From an uncultured Acidobacteriota bacterium (GTDB taxonomy: Bacteria; Acidobacteriota; Vicinamibacteria; Vicinamibacterales; CAVVIG01): a stretch of DNA of 64,000 nucleotides. The translations under genes and the position numbers were made by a program. Of this stretch, positions 40,212-48,224 are shown piece by piece. The DNA is taken from contig CAWACZ010000010.1 of assembly GCA_963780685.1 (NCBI GenBank), positions 128,072-192,071 of the forward strand, given 5' to 3'. The number at the start of each line of letters is the position of its first letter. Within the stretch, counting starts at the first letter, position 1. The notes below the pieces were generated by a model. That model was not told the DNA's origin, made no database searches, and saw nothing but the letters and a program-made list of their open reading frames with translations.

Positions 40212-43200
40212 CTGCGTCACGCTGCTCGGAGCAACGCCGAGCGCTCGCGCTGCGATTGTCGACCCAGCCCATCACTTCCGCACGCTCGCCACCGAGCATT
40301 TCATCATCTACTTTCATCGGGGCGAGGAGCACCTGGCGACACGATTGGCCGGCATCGCGGAGGATGTCTGGAGCAGGATCGCGCTCCCGCTGGGCGTCAC
40401 GCCGCCGGCGCTCACACACGTCGTTCTCGCCGACCAGACGGAGCTGGCCAACGGTCTGGCAACGCCTGTCCCGTACAACACCATCGTGATGTTTGCCACC
40501 TGGCCGAGCGGCGCCGAGTACATCGGCAAGACCGACGACTGGCTGCGGCTCCTGTTCACGCACGAGTTCACACATGTTGTCCATCTCGACCGGTCGGTGG
40601 GATGGGCGAAGGTTGTGCGCGGAATCTTCGGTCGAGTGCCGTTGTCGTTCCCGAATCTCTTTTTGCCCAAGTGGCAGATCGAAGGGCTTGCGACCTACGA
40701 AGAGAGCGCGATGACCGGTGGAGGCCGCCTGTACGCGGGTGACTTCCGCGCCATCCTCACGGAGGCCGCCGCGACGAGCCACCTCGAGCCGCTCGATCGT
40801 GTGAATGGCGGGTTGACCGACTGGCCGAGCGGACACGGGCCTTACGTTTACGGTGCCGGCTTTCATGAGTATCTCGCCGACCGGTTCGGCGCCGAGTCGT
40901 TTTCAAGGCTGGCTCGAGCGACCGCCGGCCGGGTCCCATTTACGGCATCCCGCGTCTTCGAGCGAATATACGGGCACTCGTTGGGCACGCTGTGGCGTGA
41001 TTACGAGATCCACGTCGCCCAGCGATCGCCCGGCACGAGAAACGTCGGGAACGAGTCGGCGGCCATCGCGACCGCTCGGCGTCTGACGCATCACGGGTTC
41101 GAGGTCAACGGCCCTCGCTTCGACAAGGCCCGTTGCGATGGCTGTCCGTCGGACATCATCTATTCGGTGCGAACGCCCAATGAATTTCCAGCGCTCTATA
41201 GACTCTCGCCCGATGGCACGCCCCCCCGGCACTTGACGACACGATACCAGGGCACCACGACCGCCATCGGTACAGACGCGATCTACTTCGACCAACAGGA
41301 GATCCGACGAAACGTGGCGGTCTATAGCGATCTATATGCCTTTGATCGCCAAAACGGCGGCATCACGCGGCTGACCTTCGAGGCACGGCTCCTCGATCCC
41401 GATCTCGCTCCCGACGGCAAGACGCTCGTCGCCGTGCACGAGACGCCCGGACGACGGGATTTGGTGCTGATCGAGTTGAGCGATGGGTCGGCTCGGCAGC
41501 GAACCGGGTCGGCGAAACCTGTTGGCCCCATAACCACGCTGCTCTCCGAGTCTGACACGCAGTTCAATTCGCCACGATGGTCTCCCGACGGCCGCACGGT
41601 GGTCGTGGAGCGGCATGCCATCGGCCGTCAATCCGAAATCGCGCTCGTCGCAGTGTCGACCCGAGCCATGCGCACGATCGCCTCCGATGCGGACGCACGA
41701 TTTGTGACTCCGACCTGGCGTCCGGACGGACGGGCTATCGTCGCGGCTGCCGACCTCAACAAAGAGCCATTCGAGTTGTATGAAATTCCGGTGGAGCCCT
41801 TCGAATCCTTTGAAACCTCAGAGTCCCGCGTCGCCCCACCATCCATCCGTCGATTGACGCGCACGATCGGCGGCGCCACCTGGCCCGAGATTTCAGCCGA
41901 CGGGAGGACGATCGTCTTTGTCGGCAACACGACAGACGGCATGGACCTTTTCGAAATGCCTTATCCCGACGCGACAAGCGGCGACGGCACCGTTCTCCCA
42001 GTCGCCACGACGCGACCGTCCATTTCAACATCAAGCGGCGGCGACATCGCCACGCAAGCCACACTCGGCCGAAAGCCGGACGACACCAGCGACTCGGAGA
42101 TTCGTCGAACCCCCGACTACAATCCGCTACCGACGCTTGTGCCGACGTCGTGGTCGCCGTTCTTTGAAGGCGCTGCCGATCAACTTCGACTCGGACTGGG
42201 GACCGGCGGTCGCGATGTGCTGGGCTATCACGGATACACGGTCTCAGTGAGCTGGCTCCTCACAAGCCCCTCCCGCGCCATCGCTCCACCGGGCGCCAGC
42301 CCGGACTGGCAGGTTTTTTACCAATACAGCCGTTGGCGTCCGACTTTTTGGGTATCAGCATCCGCTGAGACGTCGTTCTTTGCCGGTCCGGCCGACGAGC
42401 GAGGCGTTCCTTCGACAGCCACTTCCCGAGAGCGGCTGGTGCAGGCAGGCGTCCTCTTGCCAATCCGGCACGTGCGGACGTCGCACACCGCGCTTTTCTC
42501 AGCAGTTCGCGGTGAGGAAGAGCTCAATTCGGCGGACGGCGCCATCTCTCGCACGCGCACAGCGGCGCGCGCCGGATGGGGGTTCGATTCGTCCCATCTG
42601 TACGGCTATTCGATCAGCCGCGAAGGTGGCGTGGCAATCGGGGCGACAACGGAGGTCGCTCCGCAGGCTCTGGGATCATCCGGCGATGCCTCCGCTATCA
42701 CCGTGGATGGCCGAATATATGCGCCGGGGTTGGCGCCTCATCACGTACTGGCGCTCAGGATTGCCGGTGGGAGATCGACGGGGGACCCGACCCTTCGCCG
42801 AACTTTTCTTCTCGGTGGAGGCCAGTCCAATCCGAGCACGCTCGACTTCGGGCGGGATGCGATCAGCCTGATGCGCGGCTTCGCCCGCGACACCTTTGCG
42901 GGAAGCCACGTCGCCTTGCTGAATGTCGATTACCGCCTGCCGCTGGCCCGGCCGCAGCGCGGGCACGGCACCTGGCCTTTTTTCCTCCACACGCTGCATG
43001 CCGCCGGCTTCGCCGACATCGGGCACGCCTGGGATCGGCAGTTCGATGCGCAAGACCTGAAAACGTCGGTGGGTGCCGAGCTCTCCTTCGACCTGGTTCT
43101 CGGATTCTCGCTCCCTCTGACAACCACCGTCGGCGGCGCTTGGGGCAGGGACGGCAGCGGCTCGGTGGATGGCGGTGGTTCGGTCTACGTGCGGCTTGGC

Positions 43201-43212
43201 CGGGCGTTCTAG
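40171..43212 (+). CDS. outer-membrane protein with zincin (HExxH) domain, PD40/TolB-like beta-propeller repeats and a C-terminal Omp85/surface-antigen-like barrel
   Basis: 1013 aa with a signal peptide (..LLGATPSARA). It has HEFTHVVH followed by WQIEGLATYEE, a gluzincin-like third ligand. It carries repeated PD40-type segments (LAPDGKTLVAV, WSPDGRTVVV, WRPDGRAIVA, ISADGRTIVF). The C-terminal beta-strand-rich region ends ..GGSVYVRLGRAF. Confidence 0.7.
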   Translation: MSRARRLITSLLVSCVTLLGATPSARAAIVDPAHHFRTLATEHFIIYFHRGEEHLATRLAGIAEDVWSRIALPLGVTPPALTHVVLADQTELANGLATPVPYNTIVMFATWPSGAEYIGKTDDWLRLLFTHEFTHVVHLDRSVGWAKVVRGIFGRVPLSFPNLFLPKWQIEGLATYEESAMTGGGRLYAGDFRAILTEAAATSHLEPLDRVNGGLTDWPSGHGPYVYGAGFHEYLADRFGAESFSRLARATAGRVPFTASRVFERIYGHSLGTLWRDYEIHVAQRSPGTRNVGNESAAIATARRLTHHGFEVNGPRFDKARCDGCPSDIIYSVRTPNEFPALYRLSPDGTPPRHLTTRYQGTTTAIGTDAIYFDQQEIRRNVAVYSDLYAFDRQNGGITRLTFEARLLDPDLAPDGKTLVAVHETPGRRDLVLIELSDGSARQRTGSAKPVGPITTLLSESDTQFNSPRWSPDGRTVVVERHAIGRQSEIALVAVSTRAMRTIASDADARFVTPTWRPDGRAIVAAADLNKEPFELYEIPVEPFESFETSESRVAPPSIRRLTRTIGGATWPEISADGRTIVFVGNTTDGMDLFEMPYPDATSGDGTVLPVATTRPSISTSSGGDIATQATLGRKPDDTSDSEIRRTPDYNPLPTLVPTSWSPFFEGAADQLRLGLGTGGRDVLGYHGYTVSVSWLLTSPSRAIAPPGASPDWQVFYQYSRWRPTFWVSASAETSFFAGPADERGVPSTATSRERLVQAGVLLPIRHVRTSHTALFSAVRGEEELNSADGAISRTRTAARAGWGFDSSHLYGYSISREGGVAIGATTEVAPQALGSSGDASAITVDGRIYAPGLAPHHVLALRIAGGRSTGDPTLRRTFLLGGGQSNPSTLDFGRDAISLMRGFARDTFAGSHVALLNVDYRLPLARPQRGHGTWPFFLHTLHAAGFADIGHAWDRQFDAQDLKTSVGAELSFDLVLGFSLPLTTTVGGAWGRDGSGSVDGGGSVYVRLGRAF

Positions 43213-43237
43213 GAGTCTCCAGAATCGATTGCTGAAG

Positions 43238-43953
43238 TCACCCCTTGTTCAGCGCCTCGAGCTCTCGCTTCGCCTCGGCGGTGAACGGCGAGTCCGGGTA
43301 CTCCTGGACGAGCCTGTTGAATGTCTGCTGCGCCTCGGCGCGTTTGCCGGCGTCTCGATACGTGCGGCCGAGCTGCATCAGGATCCCGTCGACGGGGAGT
43401 TGCCCTTCTTTGCGCTGTGCGAGCTCGTTGAAGGTGCTGATCGCCTCGTCGTACTGCCGGATCGTGCCTGCGCGTCGGCCAGTCCCAGCCGCGCCATCTG
43501 TCCGTAGATGCCGGACCCCGATCTGGCGATGACTTCCTGATAGGCGGCGACAGCCGCCGGGGCATTGCCAAGCGTCATCTGAGCCGCCGCCTCTTGATAG
43601 CGCGCGAATATCCCGGCATCGGTAGACGGATGCGCGTCGGCGGCGGCCTTCAGCTTGACGACCGTGGCCTCCAGGCGCGCCCGCTCGCTGGGAAAGCCGC
43701 CGGGCGTCGCCGGCGTCGTGGCCGTGCTGACCCGCGCTTCCTGAACCGCAAGTGCTTCGGCCAGGCTCCGTTCCGCCCGGGACTCGGCATATCCGCGCCA
43801 GGCCATATAGCCGGCAAGGGCCAATGCGAGCCCGACAACCACAGCAACGCCAGTCGTCACCTGGCTTTTGCGCTCTTCGACCAGCTCCCGCGCGTGGAGC
43901 GCCCAACGTTGCAACTCGTTCGCTTTGAGGTGGTGGCGCTCGGTTCGCTTCAT
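43238..43953 (-). pseudogene. membrane-anchored TPR protein (YfgM-like), frame broken by a 1-nt deletion near 43456
   Basis: ORF 43378..43953 starts MKRTERHHLKANELQRW.. followed by a TM segment and TPR-like helices, then turns to junk after ..LGLADAQARSG. The other frame (43238..43906) ends with clean TPR sequence (..QYDEAISTFNELAQRKEGQLPVDGILMQLGRTYRDAGKRAEAQQTFNRLVQEYPDSPFTAEAKRELEAL). Confidence 0.65.
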
Positions 43954-44011
43954 GCGCTCATTTTACAATGTGTCGAAGGGATGGAATTCGAGAGTCCAAG
44001 AGCCTGCTGCC

Positions 44012-44719
44012 TCACTTAGCCTTCCTAATGTTCTGTGGGTTCAAATCCAGCCTGACACCCAATGTGTACAGAAACTCGCGGTCCCGATGATACGTGCCGG
44101 GAACCGCACCAAAGTCCCGCGCGTCGGCTCCCTGCGGCACGATGAGGACACCAGCCTGAAAGACGATCGAATCCCAGCCCTTCCCATTAAAGGGCCTCCA
44201 ATCGACTCGGACAGGTTCGATGAAAAAGCGGGAGAACGGCGTGAAGGCGGAGCCGGTGAACATGAACACGCCGGCGCCAACGCCGATATCTAGACGATTC
44301 TGCTGCAGCCGCCACACGAACGAAGGTTCCACTTTGGTCATGTTGACGTCTGTGTCGACCGAGCCCGCGTATTCCAAGGGGTTGTTCTTGGCCTCGAACA
44401 AGCCGACTGCGAAATTGAAGGACGCTTGGCGCTGTCTCGTTGGCCCGACAAAACATCGCGAACCAATCAACGCCTCCAGCACCCTCATCGCGTCGCCGTC
44501 GTCGGTTCCCTGTGGGAGCTGCTTTTCAATGTCGACAGCCTCATCTTTTGAAACACTGGGCGATTCTGCAAAGCACGCCACTCTCCAGTCAATCTCCACG
44601 CCATTAAACGGCCCTGGTCCGCTCCACTCGCTGATGAAGCGCCAGAACGCGTCAGCGGAGGTCGGTACGCCGAGCTGGAAACAGGCTGAGAACAGAGCGA
44701 TCGCAAAGAGACGACGCAA
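44012..44719 (-). CDS. hypothetical secreted protein
   Basis: 235 aa with a TTG start 6 nt after AGGAGG and a signal peptide (MRRLFAIALFSACFQLGVPTSADA). The body is rich in beta-strand-like segments. I recognise no family. Confidence 0.5.
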   Translation of the reverse strand: MRRLFAIALFSACFQLGVPTSADAFWRFISEWSGPGPFNGVEIDWRVACFAESPSVSKDEAVDIEKQLPQGTDDGDAMRVLEALIGSRCFVGPTRQRQASFNFAVGLFEAKNNPLEYAGSVDTDVNMTKVEPSFVWRLQQNRLDIGVGAGVFMFTGSAFTPFSRFFIEPVRVDWRPFNGKGWDSIVFQAGVLIVPQGADARDFGAVPGTYHRDREFLYTLGVRLDLNPQNIRKAK

Positions 44720-44735
44720 GGGCGACCTCCTAGTG

Positions 44736-44754
44736 TTCGAGCGAATAGCTCGAA
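44736..44754 (-). terminator. short hairpin between the kinase gene and the downstream hypothetical gene
   Basis: ttcgagc-gaata-gctcgaa has a 7-bp perfect stem and lies just after the kinase stop (44761). There is no U-tract, so it is only a weak terminator candidate. Confidence 0.3.
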
Positions 44755-44760
44755 GCGGAC

Positions 44761-46719
44761 TTATTGGGACGTTCCACCGGCGCTCTCTTCCGTCTGGGCG
44801 CGCGAGAACGTCGTGAAAACATTCTCTCGAGTGCCCGAACGCTCAACCGCACCGTCGCCATTTCGGACAATCCGGTTGCGAGGCGTCAGGTCTGGACAGA
44901 ACAGCAGGACTTCCTCAGCGCGTTCGGCATTGACGTAGCAGTCGGCGCCATTCCATCGGGCCATTTCGAACCTGGCCTGAAAGAACAGCCGATACGTCAC
45001 CGCCTGTGTGGCGATCGACAGTAGGCAAATCACGACGCCCCCAGCCAGCATTCCCCAGGGCAGCGCCTCGAGCCTCCGACGGCCGCGTCTGACGACAAAG
45101 ACCCAGGCCATGGCCGACACAACCGCTATCGCGCTGAATACCTGACTGCACAAATCCTGATAGCGCTCGAATGCCGGCGACAGAAAAGCAAGGTCGCTGG
45201 CCGAAGCGGTAGAGCTCCAGGAGAATACGGAACCAAGGACGGGCGAGAAGTACCACCAGGAGGCGATCAACAGCGATGCGGACGTCAACAGCACCCAAGA
45301 CGCCAGCACCGACAGATGATCGAGGTGGAGACGGCGCGAAGCCCGATTGAGCTTGTGGCGAACAATCTCGTCCGTCCGGCTCGCGTGCGTGGATAACGAC
45401 AGGGCCAGGTTCTTCGACACCATGACCACCGCGAGCGTCAACAAGATCAACAAAGCAAGGACTAAGGGGGCAATGCACGATCGTAGGCCCCATGTGAGCC
45501 ACGTGTAGAGCGTTTCGTCTGCGAACTCCAACCGCCCTAGATTCGTGTTGAAGGCACGCGAAGCTACAAAGCCAAGCACAGTGGACATTGCCGCGACACC
45601 GATCACCGCAAGAAGCGCCGTCACGACGTGCCGCCAACCAGTTCGTCGAGCGCCGTGGACCGCCGCCAGCGCTTGAAGCAGTGCACCAGCACTCGTGTAG
45701 CGGCGACCGGGATCGGGAGCCAACGCCCCGTCGACGGCTTGAACAAACAGTGCCGGCAGGTCCGATCGCCGGTCACTCAGCAACCGACGCCGCCCCTGCA
45801 TATGGGCGGCTGTCAGCTCTTCAATCGAGCGCCCTTCAACCGGATACTCACCGGTGACGAGGTGATACAGAAGCACCCCAACGCCGTAAACGTCGCCAGC
45901 GGCCGACGCAGGAAGCCCGGCCAGAACCTCAGGCGGCATGTATAGAGGGGTTCCGGCAATCTCTGGATGACCCGGCGACTTGACCTCGTCGGCCTGACGC
46001 CCGGTCCCAAAGTCCATGAGCACCACACGGCCCGCGCGCTCGCGCATCACGTTTCTGGCCTTGACGTCGCGATGCACGAACCCCGCGGCGTGAACGGCGG
46101 CGAGCGCCCGGCAGAGATCCTCGCCGACGAGCACGGCCTCGCGGGCGTTGAGCGGACCCTTGGCACGAAGCGCCTCGTCGAGCGTCTCGCCGCTGACGAA
46201 TTCCATGCAGAGGCCTACGCGATCGCCGTGCGATTCGACGCCGAAAACGCTGACGACATTCGGATGGCGAACCTTGGCGAGCGCCCGGCCTTCCCGTAAG
46301 AGGCGCTCCCGCAGGCGGGTATCAACGACCTGCGTGTGCAGGATCTTGATGGCAATTTCCCGCTCTAGCTCAGGGTCCCAGGCGCGGTACACGCGGCCAA
46401 AGCTTCCTTCGCCAACCGGCGCGATCAGACGATACCGCCCCCACGAATGGGGCGATTCATCGGTGACGACCTTGGCGGCCTCGCGACCGACGCGCCGAAG
46501 GCCATTGACGTCGGTCGTCCAATTGCCATCGACGGTCGTCGTCTCCGCCTTTTCGTCTCCGGTCCGATGGACCTCCGCAATCTCGTCGAGAATGCGAAGG
46601 CAGTGCAGCCATTCGCGCTCGTCCGCGCTTTGGGCGCCACTGTCGAGCGCCGACCAATCGACAGGGCGACCGTCGGCGATTTCCTCGATTGCCTGGTCGA
46701 CGACGCTCTCAAGAGGCAT
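44761..46719 (-). CDS. serine/threonine protein kinase with a C-terminal multi-TM domain
   Basis: 652 aa with Hanks kinase motifs (GEGSFGRVYRAWD, AIKIL, HRDVKARNV, DFG, GTPLYMPPE). The N-terminus (..IADGRPVDWSAL..) is typical of ECF-associated kinases. The C-terminal half has about 6 TM segments. The gene overlaps the sigma-factor gene by 11 nt. Confidence 0.9.
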   Translation of the reverse strand: MPLESVVDQAIEEIADGRPVDWSALDSGAQSADEREWLHCLRILDEIAEVHRTGDEKAETTTVDGNWTTDVNGLRRVGREAAKVVTDESPHSWGRYRLIAPVGEGSFGRVYRAWDPELEREIAIKILHTQVVDTRLRERLLREGRALAKVRHPNVVSVFGVESHGDRVGLCMEFVSGETLDEALRAKGPLNAREAVLVGEDLCRALAAVHAAGFVHRDVKARNVMRERAGRVVLMDFGTGRQADEVKSPGHPEIAGTPLYMPPEVLAGLPASAAGDVYGVGVLLYHLVTGEYPVEGRSIEELTAAHMQGRRRLLSDRRSDLPALFVQAVDGALAPDPGRRYTSAGALLQALAAVHGARRTGWRHVVTALLAVIGVAAMSTVLGFVASRAFNTNLGRLEFADETLYTWLTWGLRSCIAPLVLALLILLTLAVVMVSKNLALSLSTHASRTDEIVRHKLNRASRRLHLDHLSVLASWVLLTSASLLIASWWYFSPVLGSVFSWSSTASASDLAFLSPAFERYQDLCSQVFSAIAVVSAMAWVFVVRRGRRRLEALPWGMLAGGVVICLLSIATQAVTYRLFFQARFEMARWNGADCYVNAERAEEVLLFCPDLTPRNRIVRNGDGAVERSGTRENVFTTFSRAQTEESAGGTSQ

Positions 46720-47320
46720 GTCGCATTTCGGCCGCCAGACGTCTCATCGCGCGAGTGACGGCCATCCGCGCCGCGGCGCCGCTGGGCTTGTTGAGAACAA
46801 TGGCTAATTCGTCATAGCCGTACTGCAGCTCGATCCGGCCGATGATCGCCTCGCGATCGGCCGCCTTGAGCCGCTGAATGGCAGCGTCGTACCGGGCCAT
46901 ATTCTCGGAGCCAATCGCGTACTCGAGCGGAGAGGTGCGCTCGTCCCTCAACTCGTCGGGGAGCTCGGCCTGGTTCGGTCGACGATGCTGCTGGCGGGCG
47001 AGATCGCGAATGCGATTCATCACGGCTTGCCGGAAGTAGGCTTGCAGCGCGCCTTGATGGCGGGCTTCAAACGCCTCGAGCCGGCGCAGGGCACCGACAA
47101 CGGCATCTTGCACGAGATCGGCGGTCTCCATCATCCCGCGCGCCGACGATGGCAGCCGTCCGTGCGCCCATCGTCTCAACGCCGGAATACATCGCTCCAA
47201 CAACCGCTCGAGGGCGGCATCGTCGCCATGTTTCACGCGATCTAAGAGATCGACCGTGGCTTCCGGATCCAGCGGCTCCGGCTGGCTCCGTACCGAGGTC
47301 GATGGCGGGTCGGTGGCCAT
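46709..47320 (-). CDS. ECF-type RNA polymerase sigma-70 family factor (kinase-associated type)
   Basis: 203 aa from ATG 47320, with region 2 (..ALERLLERCIPALRRWAHGRL....ETADLVQDAVVGALR) and region 4 (..AIIGRIELQYGYDELAIVLNKPSGAAARMAVTRAMRRL). The ORF-track extension to 47719 is Arg-rich junk. Confidence 0.88.
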   Translation of the reverse strand: MATDPPSTSVRSQPEPLDPEATVDLLDRVKHGDDAALERLLERCIPALRRWAHGRLPSSARGMMETADLVQDAVVGALRRLEAFEARHQGALQAYFRQAVMNRIRDLARQQHRRPNQAELPDELRDERTSPLEYAIGSENMARYDAAIQRLKAADREAIIGRIELQYGYDELAIVLNKPSGAAARMAVTRAMRRLAAEMRHAS

Positions 47321-47836
47321 GTCACGAAAGGGCTCGCGGAGGGCGGTATGGCAGACATCATACCCGTCGATCCGCGCCGCAGGTAGGACTTTGTCGGGCG
47401 GATTGCGTCGGTGGCGTGCGACATCGCTTTGTGACGACAACGCGGGACGGACCAGGCGCAGAGCGCGCTCGGTCCGGGCGATGCCCCCCGACACTCCGCG
47501 CTCGGCCATCCGAAGAAACCTCCCAGATCCGATAACGTCGAACCTGGCTCGGACTAACCGGACCGGTACGCGACCTTCAAGGGCCAGCCGATTCGGAAGC
47601 GCTCGGACGGCCGCAGGAGCCGCAGGCTGGCGAAAACGCTCACGACACCGATGACGACGCCGACGACGTGTCGGCAAGCCAATGGATGCCAAGCTGCTGG
47701 AAGTGCCGTTCGCCGTCAAGCCGAAGTTGTGCTGGCGGCTGTGGAGCTAGTCGCTGGACACGAGACTCAGCGGCCGCAGGTAAGGCTATTGCCGCCCCTC
47801 GACGAGTGCTCTGGAACGGTCAGGCTGGGCGCATCA

Positions 47837-48190
47837 TCACGGAACCTGGGCCAGTGCTTCTCGGACGAGGGTCCGAATCCGCTCGATATTCGTCTCTCGG
47901 ACTGGGCACGTCGCGTCGGTCGCCACACATTGAGCAAGGGTCATCCCACAGCCGCAGTTGCATCTGGCTCGATTGGCTGCCTGCAGGGTACTCCGCCGGT
48001 TGCTCGAGCTCAAATCTGAGAAATCGACGACGGCGATGTCGTCCGCATCGTACGCGACGCCCGCCGTGTCCCACGCGGCATAGATCATGAGAGCGACCAC
48101 GGCCAGGCCCGCGATCCACTTGAGCGCTCTCACATAGATGGGGGCGGCGGCTCGCTGTCGCCGGTCTCGTTTTCGAGAGGCCTTTCCCAA
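47837..48190 (-). CDS. small membrane-anchored protein with a Cys-rich motif
   Basis: 117 aa with a basic N-terminus, one TM segment (WIAGLAVVALMIYAAW) and C-x-C-x-C-x7-C-x6-C (RCNCGCGMTLAQCVATDATCPV). Confidence 0.5.
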   Translation of the reverse strand: MGKASRKRDRRQRAAAPIYVRALKWIAGLAVVALMIYAAWDTAGVAYDADDIAVVDFSDLSSSNRRSTLQAANRARCNCGCGMTLAQCVATDATCPVRETNIERIRTLVREALAQVP

Positions 48191-48224
48191 AGCATCGATG
48201 AGTATACGTCACCGTCGTTGCGAA

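Noticed and set aside
47321-47719. N-terminal 133-codon extension of the ECF sigma ORF (ORF track 46709..47719)
   Set aside because: The extension translates to Arg/Pro-rich junk (..PTRRRRRHRCRERFRQP..). The sigma-70 region 2 begins shortly after the internal ATG at 47320, which gives a normal ~200-aa ECF sigma.
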